64,000 bases of DNA from NCBI GenBank assembly GCA_017618215.1, contig JAFZUQ010000001.1, forward strand, positions 77,872 through 141,871, given 5' to 3'. The stretch is from Elusimicrobiaceae bacterium. Lineage in GTDB: Bacteria; Elusimicrobiota; Elusimicrobia; Elusimicrobiales; Elusimicrobiaceae. Made by a program: the position numbers and the translations under genes. This document shows, piece after piece, positions 18,230-29,200 of the stretch. Under the pieces are notes generated by a model. That model searched no databases, was not told the DNA's origin, and saw only the letters and a list, made by a program, of their open reading frames with translations. The first letter of the stretch is position 1. Every line of letters begins with the position of its first letter.

Positions 18230-19255
18230 CTATTTTTTTGCAGCAAGTTGCCCGCAGGCAGCAGAAATATCTGAACCTAAACTTTTGCGGACAGTTACTT
18301 TAATATTCATTTTTTCTAGGGCTTCTGCAAAGGCATAAACGGCGGCAACGGGTGGTGTTTTTGCTTTTGAAGTAGCCGGGTTACAAGCAATTAAATTAAC
18401 ATGCAAAAGATAATTATCTTTGAAAGAATTTATCCATTTCCCCAACTTCCTAATATGCGCCGGTAAATTATTTACACCATCTATAACGGTATATTCCAGA
18501 AATACTTCGCGCGCATTCAGCTTTAAATAATTTTCAAGTTCCTGTTTTATAATATCTAAATTGTATTTGCGGTTTATCGGCATTAAAGCGGAACGTTCTT
18601 TATTGTCTGCATTATGTAAAGAAAGTGCTAAATTTACTTGTGGCAATTCTTTCGCTAAATTTTCGAATTTGTCGGCAATGCCTGAGGTAGAGATTGATAT
18701 ATGGCGCTTACCTATATTCAAATAGTCTTTATTCGATAAAATTTCAACAGCCTGTTTGACTTCATGGTAATTTAAAAGAGGTTCACCCATGCCCATAAAA
18801 ACTATATTTGAAACGCGATCTCCTTTAAATTCTTTTTGTAAAAATTGATGCCAGAATAAAACCTGGTCTGAAATTTCTTCTGCAGTTAAATTGCGTTTGA
18901 AACCGAGTTTCCCCGTCGCACAAAAAGCACATCCGAGTGGACATCCTGCTTGAGAGGAAACACAAACACTCCAAAATTTTCCAGGTTTCATTAATACTGT
19001 TTCAATTCTAAAACCGTCATGTAATTTTAATAAAGCCTTAAAAACTTTATCTAATTTTGAACTTTGTAATTTTATGAGGTCAAAAGATAAAATTTTGAAA
19101 TTTTTATTTAAGGCTTCCTGTAAATTTTTGGGTAAAGTTTTTATATCCTGCCAAGTACTTTTTCCATCAACAAATATTCCTTGCCTAATTTGATTTAAGC
19201 GGTAAGAAGGAAAATTATTAGTCTTAACGAAATCTTTTACCTTAGTAAAATCCAT
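18230..19255 (-). CDS. rlmN: 23S rRNA/tRNA (adenine-C2)-methyltransferase RlmN
   Basis: Radical SAM motif GCPLGCAFCATG, second conserved Cys near the C-terminus (..DISAACGQL), 341 aa. Confidence 0.9.
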   Translation of the reverse strand: MDFTKVKDFVKTNNFPSYRLNQIRQGIFVDGKSTWQDIKTLPKNLQEALNKNFKILSFDLIKLQSSKLDKVFKALLKLHDGFRIETVLMKPGKFWSVCVSSQAGCPLGCAFCATGKLGFKRNLTAEEISDQVLFWHQFLQKEFKGDRVSNIVFMGMGEPLLNYHEVKQAVEILSNKDYLNIGKRHISISTSGIADKFENLAKELPQVNLALSLHNADNKERSALMPINRKYNLDIIKQELENYLKLNAREVFLEYTVIDGVNNLPAHIRKLGKWINSFKDNYLLHVNLIACNPATSKAKTPPVAAVYAFAEALEKMNIKVTVRKSLGSDISAACGQLAAKK

Positions 19256-19344
19256 ATTTATATTTTATCAAATTTAACAGATTAAAAGTGCAATCCTTAT
19301 GGATATTTTGCCTATTACTGATAAAAATTATAAAATGTAAGCAT

Positions 19345-20199
19345 ATGAGAAAACAGGATAAACTAGATAATAATAGAAGTTCTAATTGGTTGCCGATTGT
19401 TTATGTCATAACTTCTTTAACCTTAATGCTATTACCATTACAGCAAACGGTTAATTCTGTAAGGGCAATTCTGGCTTATTTGTTTATTCCGCAACTTAGG
19501 ATAGCTCATAGAACAAAAGAATATTTCAAGGATATTAGCGAAGGTACACAAACACTGTTAAATGTCGCTTTTGAAAATTTTGAACTTAAAGAAGAACTAA
19601 AAAAACTTCAAATCGATGCCCTGGAAATACCTACTTTGCAGGAGGAAAATGCCAGGTTGCGTCAGGCACTGAATTTTAAAAAATCTATAAAAATTGATGG
19701 CATTTGGGCAAAGGTGGCGTATAAAGAACCTGGTAAAATGTCCAGCCTAATTATTGATAAAGGAGAGGCGGACGGTATAATATTGCGATCTCCGGCTCTT
19801 GCCTTAACTAAAGACGGGGTACCCGCTTTGTTAGGTATGGTGGTTGAGGTTTCGAAAAACACTTCAAAAATTTTACTTTTACCCGATGAGGATTTTAATG
19901 CTTATGTTTATCTTGGAAATACTAAAACTGAGGCACTTTTAAAAGGACATGGGTTGAGAAATGTAACCTTAAAATATTTACCTTTGGAAGAGAACTTACA
20001 AATTAATACGCCCGTTTTTACATCTTCTTCCAGTGCATTATTCCCGGAAGGTTTATTGGTGGGGTACCTTTTGAATGACGGTACAGAAGGCTTAACTGGT
20101 GCCTCAACTTATAAAGAGCCGACATTAAAATCTGCTTTGAATTTTGATACCGTTAAAGAAGTTTTTGTGTTATCTCATAAAGGGGAAAACAATGCTTAG
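19345..20199 (+). CDS. mreC: rod shape-determining protein MreC
   Basis: Trimmed to the ATG at 19345. TM, coiled coil (LKEELKKLQ..EENARLRQAL) and beta-rich domain. Sits directly upstream of mreD-mrdA-rodA. Confidence 0.8.
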   Translation: MRKQDKLDNNRSSNWLPIVYVITSLTLMLLPLQQTVNSVRAILAYLFIPQLRIAHRTKEYFKDISEGTQTLLNVAFENFELKEELKKLQIDALEIPTLQEENARLRQALNFKKSIKIDGIWAKVAYKEPGKMSSLIIDKGEADGIILRSPALALTKDGVPALLGMVVEVSKNTSKILLLPDEDFNAYVYLGNTKTEALLKGHGLRNVTLKYLPLEENLQINTPVFTSSSSALFPEGLLVGYLLNDGTEGLTGASTYKEPTLKSALNFDTVKEVFVLSHKGENNA

Positions 20200-20692
20200 A
20201 ATATTAAACTTAATTTTAATCTTTATAGTGGCAACCGTTTTCTATTGGTTTGGTTTAATTTTTTTTGCTCCGCTTGAATTATCAATTAATATGATGCTTG
20301 CCTTCAGTATAATAATTGCTGTAATATTACCGCAAAGGTATGGTTATACTTTTGCCTTTTTTAGTGGTTTGTTTTTAGATTTTTTAGGTACTTCACTTTT
20401 TGGTTCACATGCTTTGGCTTTTACTTCACTTATGATACTTTTTTATCAAGTAAGGGATAAAATTGATTTCAAAGAGTGTGTACCACAAATGGTTATAACG
20501 GGGATGTTGAATATCTTGTTCATTTTTATCTTTGGTTTACTTTCCAAAATCTTTACAGGCATTTTCATTTGGCAAGGGTGGAAGGATTTAATTTTCGGTT
20601 CTATGGTTTTGGGTTTGATTATGCCTATTTTTTATAACATAACTGCGAGATTTCTAATATCGGATATTTTAAAAAAAGCGGATGAAAACTAA
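20192..20692 (+). CDS. mreD: rod shape-determining protein MreD
   Basis: Polytopic 166-aa membrane protein whose ATG overlaps the mreC stop (ATGCTTAG). Assigned by position between mreC and mrdA. Confidence 0.7.
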   Translation: MLRILNLILIFIVATVFYWFGLIFFAPLELSINMMLAFSIIIAVILPQRYGYTFAFFSGLFLDFLGTSLFGSHALAFTSLMILFYQVRDKIDFKECVPQMVITGMLNILFIFIFGLLSKIFTGIFIWQGWKDLIFGSMVLGLIMPIFYNITARFLISDILKKADEN

Positions 20693-22478
20693 ACTTAATT
20701 TTAATGTGCATCGATTGATGTTTATGTTTGTTTTAGCCTTACTTTGTGGGGCTTTAATAGCATATAAGTTGATTTTTATACAATTTATTTCACATCAAAA
20801 ATATACTTCCCAAGCAGAAAAAAACAGAACACAAATTTTATATCAAACTGCTCCGCGTGGGCAAATTTTAGCAAGTGGAGGGGAGGTTTTAGCCTCAAAT
20901 CAGGCTGCGTTTTCTTTATACTACTTGCCTCCTTTTGAAATGCCTGATGAAAAAACTTTAACAGAGATTGCTGATGCAGTTTCTAAAAATACTTTTAAAT
21001 CACAAAAAGATATACTGCAAATCATAAACAAATCTTTAAAAAATGGTAAAGCAGCTTTGTTGGTAGATAATCTGGCACCCAAAAATATTTTTGCTTTGGC
21101 GGAACTTCAAAACTTTTATCCGGGTTTATATTTACTTGAGGAAACAAAACGTTATTATCCGTTTGGTGCAAGTGCAGCGCATTTGCTTGGTTATATAGGT
21201 ACCATGGAGAAAAATACTTGGAAGGAACTTTCCGGTGAACTTGATTATCGTTTAAATTCCAAAATAGGTAAAAGTGGTATAGAGAAACGTTATGAAAAGG
21301 AATTAAAAGGGCGAGACGGTGGTCTATTTTTAGAAGTTAATTATAAGGGCCGTGTAACACAAATTATCAAGGATAATCGTTGGCGTAAAGGTGCTGATGT
21401 TTATACTACTTTACTTGCCCCCGTCCAACAAGCGGCGGAAGATGCAGTTCGTACTTCTTTGACAGGGCGTGGCGCGGCAGTAGTTTTAGATGTTAAAACA
21501 GGTGCTGTACTCGCGTTAGCCTCTTTACCCGATTGGGACCCGAATATTTTTACACCTTATAATACCGGTAAAAATAACGAAGATAAAATAAAAATATCTG
21601 AGTATAATTTAGCTGTGCAGGGGTTGTTTCCTCCTGCTTCTACTTTTAAAACTATTACCGCTTTAGCGGCCTATGAAAATGGTTATCTTGATTTAAAACA
21701 TGAGGATAATTGTACCGGCCATATTTATCTAAACGGGCGTGAATTTAAATGTTGGAAAAACCATGGTCCGCATATTGATTTTATAAAAGGTATGGAACAA
21801 AGTTGCGATACTTATTTTTATAACTTAGGTTTAAAAATGGGTTCATACAATATTGAAAAAATGCAGCGCAAATTCCATTTCGGGCGAAAAACAGGTATTG
21901 ATTTACCAGGGGAAAAATCTGGCAATATTTATGGTCCTACGAAGCGCGCTAATTTAAAAACTTATTGGTTCGGTGGGGATACTTTAAACTTATCTATCGG
22001 GCAAGGGGAACTTTTACTTACGCCGATACAAATGGCTGTATACGCGGCTGCTCTTGCTTCAAAAGGCAAAATTTGGAAACCTTATTATATCGAAAAAGTT
22101 GTTTCTCCGTCGGGTAAAATTTTAGAAGAAGGCAAAAGTGAACTGGTTGATCAAGTCAAACTTAAAGACGGTGCTTTTGAAATAATACACAAAGCATTAA
22201 AAAGTGTTGTGGATAATGCTACCGGGCGCGGCGCGAAAATCAAGGATATAGCAGTTTACGGTAAAACAGGAACAGCACAAAATCCTCATGGGGATGATCA
22301 TGGTTGGTTTTTGGCTTTTGCAGGTGAAGAAGATGGCGAACCCGAAATTGCCGTTTCTGTTTTGATACAGTTTGGTAAAGGCGGTGGAGCGCAAGCGGCA
22401 CCTGCGGCACGTAAAATTATTAAGGCTTATTTTGATTTAAAGCATAGTAAAGAAGAAGGAAATAAAAATGTTCAATAA
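20682..22478 (+). CDS. mrdA: penicillin-binding protein 2 (elongasome transpeptidase)
   Basis: SxxK motif ASTFK and KTG motif YGKTGTAQ. N-terminal TM anchor. 598 aa. Confidence 0.9.
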   Translation: MKTKLNFNVHRLMFMFVLALLCGALIAYKLIFIQFISHQKYTSQAEKNRTQILYQTAPRGQILASGGEVLASNQAAFSLYYLPPFEMPDEKTLTEIADAVSKNTFKSQKDILQIINKSLKNGKAALLVDNLAPKNIFALAELQNFYPGLYLLEETKRYYPFGASAAHLLGYIGTMEKNTWKELSGELDYRLNSKIGKSGIEKRYEKELKGRDGGLFLEVNYKGRVTQIIKDNRWRKGADVYTTLLAPVQQAAEDAVRTSLTGRGAAVVLDVKTGAVLALASLPDWDPNIFTPYNTGKNNEDKIKISEYNLAVQGLFPPASTFKTITALAAYENGYLDLKHEDNCTGHIYLNGREFKCWKNHGPHIDFIKGMEQSCDTYFYNLGLKMGSYNIEKMQRKFHFGRKTGIDLPGEKSGNIYGPTKRANLKTYWFGGDTLNLSIGQGELLLTPIQMAVYAAALASKGKIWKPYYIEKVVSPSGKILEEGKSELVDQVKLKDGAFEIIHKALKSVVDNATGRGAKIKDIAVYGKTGTAQNPHGDDHGWFLAFAGEEDGEPEIAVSVLIQFGKGGGAQAAPAARKIIKAYFDLKHSKEEGNKNVQ

Positions 22479-23808
22479 CAGTCCCAAAATTAAAACGAGA
22501 AAATTAGATTGGCCCTTGATATATGGATTGATAGGTTTATGTTTGATTGGGTTTTTCACTATTTTGTCTGCAGTTAGCGGAACAAAAGAAATGACTTCGA
22601 TAATGCGTACTCATATAATTGCTCTGCCTATTGCGGTGGCTGCTTTTGTTTTCGGCTGGCTTTTTAATTACCAAATTTATGCCGAACATTATAAAAAACT
22701 TTATGTTTTTGTCATATTTTTGCTCGTTGCGGTACTTGCTTTTGGTATTGTTGCACGTGGTTCCCATTCATGGTTTAGGTTTGGTGGGTTTTCTTTTCAG
22801 CCGGCAGAACTTTGCCGTATTGCGTTAATTGTTATAACTGCCGCTTTTTTGGCTGGCAGGCCTCGCCAAATTAAAAATTTTAAAACACTTGCAATATTTT
22901 CCGCATTTATATTACCTGTATTTGGGCTTATTATGATGCAACCGGATTTTTCTTCCATAGTTGTTACTGCTCCGGCTTTGCTTATTTTGTTATTTGTTGC
23001 TGGGGTAAATGTTTATTATTTTGTCTTAATTATTGCTTTTGGTTTGATGGCAGGCATTTTTCCAATAATCTGGACTTATATTAGTTTATATCCCGAAATT
23101 TTAGATAATTCTATAATTTTAAGTTGGGTAAATTCACTTTCATTTGATATTATTCCTTGTATGATTTTTAGTGGTGTTTTGGTAGGATTATTTGTTTTAG
23201 CATGGTTTGTTCTTAGATATTTCCGGGTACTTGTTCCGTTTAGTTTAACTATGGTTTTGGCTTTCAGTATGGTTGCAGGGTTTTTTAGCGGATATTTTGT
23301 TAATAAACATATAAAATCCTATCAACGTAAAAGGGTTGAAGCTTTTTTAGCCCCGTCGGCAGATCCTAAAGGGGCAAGTTATAATGTTTTGCAGGCACAA
23401 ATTGCCATGGGATCCGGTGGAGTTTTAGGAAAGGGACTTTTTTCCGGCACTCAATCTCGCTTAGGTTTTGTTCCGGAAAGGCATACCGATTTTATTTTGG
23501 CAATTTTGGGCGAGGAAAACGGCCTGTTGGGTACTTTATTAGTGCTAAGTTTGTATATTTTAATTTTGTGGCGAATAATTATAATAGCACGCAATTCCAG
23601 TGATTTATTCGGTTATCTGCTTTGTGCAGGTATTTTTGCTATATTTTTTGTTTATATGGCATTTAATTTTGGTATGCTTATAGGTATTGTACCGGTAGCG
23701 GGTATTCCTTTACCTTTTATTTCATACGGAGGTTCAAACCTTGTTTCCAGTATGTGGGCACTTGGTTTGGTAGAAGGTGTTTATTTTAGGCGCCTTTCTT
23801 TGATCTAA
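22468..23808 (+). CDS. rodA: SEDS family peptidoglycan polymerase RodA
   Basis: Ten-TM FtsW/RodA/SpoVE pattern with FQPAELCRIALI, PERHTDFI and PLPFISYGGS. Confidence 0.9.
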   Translation: MFNNSPKIKTRKLDWPLIYGLIGLCLIGFFTILSAVSGTKEMTSIMRTHIIALPIAVAAFVFGWLFNYQIYAEHYKKLYVFVIFLLVAVLAFGIVARGSHSWFRFGGFSFQPAELCRIALIVITAAFLAGRPRQIKNFKTLAIFSAFILPVFGLIMMQPDFSSIVVTAPALLILLFVAGVNVYYFVLIIAFGLMAGIFPIIWTYISLYPEILDNSIILSWVNSLSFDIIPCMIFSGVLVGLFVLAWFVLRYFRVLVPFSLTMVLAFSMVAGFFSGYFVNKHIKSYQRKRVEAFLAPSADPKGASYNVLQAQIAMGSGGVLGKGLFSGTQSRLGFVPERHTDFILAILGEENGLLGTLLVLSLYILILWRIIIIARNSSDLFGYLLCAGIFAIFFVYMAFNFGMLIGIVPVAGIPLPFISYGGSNLVSSMWALGLVEGVYFRRLSLI

Positions 23809-23817
23809 AAAAATGCT

Positions 23818-24423
23818 ATGATAAATGTAGACACCGCTTTTAGGTATAGATTAAAACTAAGTAAAGCAGCGGGTGTTACAAGCCATAAGTTTGTACCAGT
23901 ATTGGCTGCGGCAGTAACTCAAAGTGGTTTGAAGTATATATTAAAGAAAAATCACCCAAGAGTTTATGTATATTTAGGGGCAGCAGAAGATGAGGAAAGT
24001 TTAACGGAAATTGCAGAAATATTCCTCAAAAATTATGTTAGCCCAGAGGAAGTAAAAACAAAATTGTTGCCGTTTTTGGAAGGTAGCGGTTTTGTATTAA
24101 AAGAAATTGAGTTGTTACCTTATCACTTGAGTAATGTGCAAAATTTGGTAAGTCATGTTTGCTATCAAGTTACGGGTGTTAGGGGCAGTATAAGCAGGGC
24201 GCTTTCTTTATGTCCGAAAATAAACAGAAAGCACCTTTATAGTATAGAGCGTTTAAACGCTGATGAAGTTAAAATAATAATGAAGCTTAATCCTTCAGGA
24301 AGTTTTAGCTCGGTGCAGGAGTTATTGAAGTTGCTCGGGTTAGATGTTGGGAAGGAGGACTATAAAGCCATTCGTATGGCCCTATATTGGGTAGATAAAA
24401 ACGGGGCTTTACAGCCATTGTAA
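23818..24423 (+). CDS. hypothetical protein, possibly DUF2344 (radical-SAM-linked) family
   Basis: 201 aa. N-terminal FRYRLKLSK.. pattern and position just upstream of rng recall DUF2344/TIGR03936. Assignment is tentative. Confidence 0.35.
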   Translation: MINVDTAFRYRLKLSKAAGVTSHKFVPVLAAAVTQSGLKYILKKNHPRVYVYLGAAEDEESLTEIAEIFLKNYVSPEEVKTKLLPFLEGSGFVLKEIELLPYHLSNVQNLVSHVCYQVTGVRGSISRALSLCPKINRKHLYSIERLNADEVKIIMKLNPSGSFSSVQELLKLLGLDVGKEDYKAIRMALYWVDKNGALQPL

Positions 24424-24435
24424 GCAGGAGAAAAA

Positions 24436-25953
24436 ATGAAAAGGTCACATCTTAAAACAGTAAGAGCAGTAAAAGAGGATAAGCCCATAAGGCCGGCTTA
24501 TCTTAATGATGACGGTAAGACAGAAGTTGAGGTATTAGTTAACACCGCATTTGAGGAAACCAGAATTGCCATTTTGGAAAACGGTGTTTTGGTCGAGCTT
24601 TTGTGGGATAGGAGAAATACTTCTTTAAACCTTGTAGGTAATATTTATAAAGCTACGGTAGAGAATGTTTTACCCGGTATTAACAGCGCATTTTTAAATA
24701 TAGGTTATGAAAAAAATGCTTACCTTTATATAACTGATACGATTGAAGGGGGTAAAAAACCCATTGATCAGATCTTATATAAAGGCCAAGAAATTATGGT
24801 ACAGGTTGTTAAAGACAGTATCAGTACAAAAGGTATGAAAGTAACTATGGACGTTACTTTGCCGGGCAGATATTTGGTTTTAACACCTAATCAAAAGTAC
24901 GTCGGTGTTTCTAAAAATATTGAAGATCTTGAAAGGCGCGATCAGCTAAATGATTATGTCGAACGTTTAGCGGAAAAATATTTGGAAGGTATGGGTTGTA
25001 TAGTTCGTACCGAAGCGGAAGATGCAACAGATGAAGAACTTGAAAAGGAAATCAAGTATTTATACCGTCAATGGAAAACTATTATCACGCGTTTTGAAAA
25101 CCAGCCGGCACCTTCAATGTTGCATGAAGATATGGGTAGCGTTTTGCAAGTTTCAAGGGATATTTTGACGGAGAATGTACGCCTTTATATGCTTGATAAT
25201 AAAAAAGATTATGATAAAGTTGTAGATTTCGTCAGTAAAATTTCCCCGGAACTAGTGGATAGAATTAAATTATATACCGGCAAAACTCCTATTTTTGAAG
25301 CCTATAATATTGACCAAGAAATTGAACGTATGCGCCGCATCAAAATACCTTTAGCAAACGGCGGAAGTATTATTATTCAGGAAGCGGAATCTTTGTGTGC
25401 TATTGACGTAAACACAGGTAAATTTACCGGTGAAAGTTCACAGGAAGAAACCGTAACGCGCACTAATATTGAGGCGGCGTACGCAATAGCAAGGCAACTT
25501 AGGCTTCGTAATATCGGCGGTATAATAGTTATTGACTTTATTGATATGCGTAAAGCTTCAAACCGCCATAAAGTTGTTGATGCTTTAAATGATGCAACAA
25601 AACGCGATAGGGCCAAAATACGTATTTTGCCGATTACTCGTCTTGGCCTTGTAGAAATGACACGTGAACGCCGCACACGCAGTACTGGCAATTTAATTAC
25701 CGAAGAATGCCCTCAATGTCATGGCAGTGGGCGCGTACTATCTGCTGAAACAATGCGCATTAATTTACAGCGTGAAATTTATGATTTAACGCAAGGCAAA
25801 CCGGGGGGCACTTTGAAACTTGTTGTGCATCCTGCCTTATGCGAACATTTGCGCCAGAAATTAAATTTGGTGGAAAAGAATATTAATCGTACTATCAAAG
25901 TTACGGCTGACCCGCAAATTGCGTGGGAAGATTATAAAATTATTTTAGAGTAA
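24436..25953 (+). CDS. rng: ribonuclease G/E family endoribonuclease
   Basis: S1 domain followed by the RNase E/G catalytic core (..CAIDVNTGKF..). Zn-link motif CPQCHGSGRV. 505 aa. Confidence 0.9.
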   Translation: MKRSHLKTVRAVKEDKPIRPAYLNDDGKTEVEVLVNTAFEETRIAILENGVLVELLWDRRNTSLNLVGNIYKATVENVLPGINSAFLNIGYEKNAYLYITDTIEGGKKPIDQILYKGQEIMVQVVKDSISTKGMKVTMDVTLPGRYLVLTPNQKYVGVSKNIEDLERRDQLNDYVERLAEKYLEGMGCIVRTEAEDATDEELEKEIKYLYRQWKTIITRFENQPAPSMLHEDMGSVLQVSRDILTENVRLYMLDNKKDYDKVVDFVSKISPELVDRIKLYTGKTPIFEAYNIDQEIERMRRIKIPLANGGSIIIQEAESLCAIDVNTGKFTGESSQEETVTRTNIEAAYAIARQLRLRNIGGIIVIDFIDMRKASNRHKVVDALNDATKRDRAKIRILPITRLGLVEMTRERRTRSTGNLITEECPQCHGSGRVLSAETMRINLQREIYDLTQGKPGGTLKLVVHPALCEHLRQKLNLVEKNINRTIKVTADPQIAWEDYKIILE

Positions 25954-25973
25954 TTTTATAAATCATAGATATA

Positions 25974-26012
25974 AATACCCTTTATGCTGATTTGCATAAA
26001 GGGTATTTTAAT
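25974..26012 (+). terminator. intrinsic terminator of rng
   Basis: 14-bp stem AATACCCTTTATGC/GCATAAAGGGTATT with loop TGATTT, followed by a T-rich tail. Confidence 0.75.
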
Positions 26013-26138
26013 ATTTCCAAATAGGTCCTTTGGGTGTTTTTAATTAGGTATTTTTTTCTTTTGTCGTGGGCCTTTTTGCTCTTGTTAATATAACTCGTAA
26101 ACTATAAAATTAAAGTATAAGATGCAAAGGAGGCATTC

Positions 26139-26207
26139 ATGAGTGATAAAATCATAACACTGTCAGCAATTGTTTTTATTCTGCTTATCTCCTTAATTCT
26201 TTGCTAG
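26139..26207 (+). CDS. small hydrophobic peptide, 22 aa (MSDKIITLSAIVFILLISLILC)
   Basis: AAAGGAGG SD 5 nt upstream of the ATG. Sits in its own promoter-to-terminator unit (TGTTAATAT at 26083-26091, terminator at 26243-26281). Too short for the ORF track. Confidence 0.45.
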   Translation: MSDKIITLSAIVFILLISLILC

Positions 26208-26242
26208 AATTAGGAGATGAATATGATTAAAATAATTGCCAA

Positions 26243-26281
26243 ATAAAAAAGGGCTGCGCTTTATTAGGCACCCCTTTTTTA
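26243..26281. terminator. bidirectional intrinsic terminator (small-ORF unit and aas fusion gene)
   Basis: A-run, stem GGGCTGC/GCACCCC, then T-run. Lies 16 nt from the stop of the minus-strand gene. Confidence 0.65.
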
Positions 26282-26296
26282 TATCGGTAAATATTT

Positions 26297-29200
26297 TTAA
26301 ACTTCACCAAAGTTTTTTATTTCTTCACCTTTCAATTTGATATAATCAGTTTTGCCGGTGCCGCCTAAAGGTATTTCTTCAACAATGCGTAAGGTCTTGG
26401 GAATCCAAAGTTCGCTGAAACCTTTGTCTTTTAAAGCTTGCTGTAAAACCTTTAAATCAGCATCTTGTTTTTGCGTATATGCAATTAATTGTTCACCGCG
26501 TTTTGCATCAGGTTTGGAAATTACAGCGTGTTTTATATCCGGCCAACATTCCGTCATAGCGGCTTCTACTGCGGTTAAGGAAACCATTTCGCCTGCAATT
26601 TTTGCAAAGCGTTTTGCGCGCCCTTTCATAACAACAAAGCCGTCGGCATCAAAATCTACGATATCGCCGGTATCATACCAGCCGTCCTTAAGGGGTTGAA
26701 TAACACCCGGTTTATCTTCTTTTAAGTATCCGAGCATAACATTACCACCTTTAATAAACAGTCGGCCGCCTTCTTTAACGCCTTCAATTTTTTCAATGCG
26801 TGCTTGCATACAAGGTAAAAGTTTGCCGACTGTTCCGCGCCTGTAATACATTGGTGTATTAAAAGAAACTACAGGGCTTGCCTCAGTAGTACCATAAGCT
26901 TCCAAAATACGTATGCCGAACTTCTCCGTCCATAAAGCAAAAGTTTCGTCTTTTAACTTTTCACCGCCGATACCAATATATTTAATATTATAAAAATCAT
27001 AAGGATGTGCCTGTTTACCGTAAGCATTTAAGAATGTATCAGTACCGAAAAATACATTTGCGTTTCTGTCATAAACAAGTTCCGGTATAGCTTTATAATG
27101 CAGAGGTGACGGATATAAAAATACTGATGCACCGTTTAAAATAGGTATAAATAAACCGCATGCTAAACCAAAACTATGGAACATTGGCAAAGCATTAAAG
27201 AATTTATCTTGAAGTCCCATTTGTATTAAACTGGACATTTGATATCTGTTCATGTTTAAATTTTTATGGCTTAGCACTACGCCCTTTGGTGCGCCTTCAG
27301 ATCCGCTTGTAAATAAAACGACTGCAGGATTATCGGAGTTTCTGTCCCTGCAAGTCATTTTATATGTATGGTGGGGGAAAGTACTTTGCAAAAGTGCAAA
27401 AATTTTATCTATTAAAGTTATTGTTTTTTGTATATCTTCAAGATAAATAATTTTTGTATCTGTTTGCTTGATTGCTTCAATAATATTATCAAGTTCGGCT
27501 TTTTGTATAAATGCGCGTGAAGTTACAAGTACTTTAATTTGCGCGACTTTTAAAGCAAGTAAAATATTTTTTATACCGGCGGAAAAGTTTATCATAGCCG
27601 GCACACGTCCATACGCCATTAAACCGAAAATACTTAAAGCACAGGCATTAACATTTGGTAACATGAGGCCGATAAATTCACCTTCTTTTGAAAACATTGT
27701 GAATTTGCGACCGAGCAAAAATGAACCGATAAGTAACTTGCCAAAGGAGACAGTTTTGCGCGTCATATCCTCTAAGGCACGAGTAGAACGGCGTGCAAGG
27801 TCTACTGCTTCAATTAAACAGCGGAAAATTGTGTGATTTAAATTATAACTTTTTACTTTCATTTCAAGTAATAGTTCATACACAGCATCTTCCGCTTTAT
27901 AACGGCGGTTGCGGCCTTTTAAAGTGCTTGAAATATTTAATTTTCTGGGTGGCAAAATATTTATAATATATTCCAAATTGCTTGGCAAATGCCTAAGTTT
28001 GCGCCCGTAATAAGACCATCTTGTATACTGCGTGTTTTGAATATAAATAGGTAAAATCTGTGCCCCTGAACGTTCAATAACCATTGCAGGGCCGGGGTAA
28101 ACTTTCATAATACCACTTGTTGTACTCATGCGGCCTTCAGGGAAAATTACAACTTTTGTTCCTTTTTTAACGCGGTCAATAATTGTTTTGACTGCAATAG
28201 CATTTGTAGGATCAACGGGAATATGGCGCACATATTTTAAAAATATGCGTACCCAAAAACGTTTGGCAATTGTACTGTCAACCATAAAAACAATATCTTC
28301 AGGTAAAAATGCGGCAAGCAAAAGCGGATCTAAAAAGGAATTATTATTCGCAACTATTACCGTGGGGCCTTCGGCTTTTGAATAATTTTCCATACCGATT
28401 AATTTAATTTTATAAATACTGTTTAAAAAGAAATATGCTGCAGACCTTAAAACATAATCAGGCAGTAATGTACAAGTATAAATTGCAATAATAAGGTTTG
28501 CCGCAGCAAGAACAGTAATTATTGCCGGTGTACCAAGGCCAAGCGTGAGTAAAGCATAAGCCATAATACCTGCAAAAACCATAAAGAAAGCATTTAAGAA
28601 ATTACAGGTCGCGAGCATACGCGTTTTAAATTTATCAGCAAGCATTGCCTGTAAATGTGCATTAAGGGGAACAATATATAACCCACCGCAAATTGAGAGC
28701 ATAATTATACCTATTGTTAAAGCGATACCGAAGGGGGAAACTAAGAAATCGGATAGAGTTACAGGCATTGCAAAATCAGGTATTAAAGCTAAAATAAACG
28801 CAATTAAAAGTAAGGAGATGGACATCCCTACCGTAGTTAAAGGAACATATTTTATACTGATTTCAGCTTTAACTAAACGGTAGCAAGCTAAGCACCCGAT
28901 GCCGACAGAAATACAAAATACCGTTATTAAGAAGGTATAAACTTGCGGTTCAAGATTTAAAATCGAATTTGTAACGCTGTTAAGTTGCGAAAGTAAAATT
29001 GCGGCGACAACCCAAAACCAGTTAATTGCCAAAATCGCCAAAAATAATTTTTTTGATTGGTTTGCCCTTGATAAATTTTTCCAGGTACTTTTAAAAATAT
29101 TGGGTGTAATTTTTAAACCCTCAGCAAGCGGTTCTAATGGTTTAAACATGCGTGTTACGAGATAGCCTGCAATAGCAAAAATAAACATAATGGAAAATAT

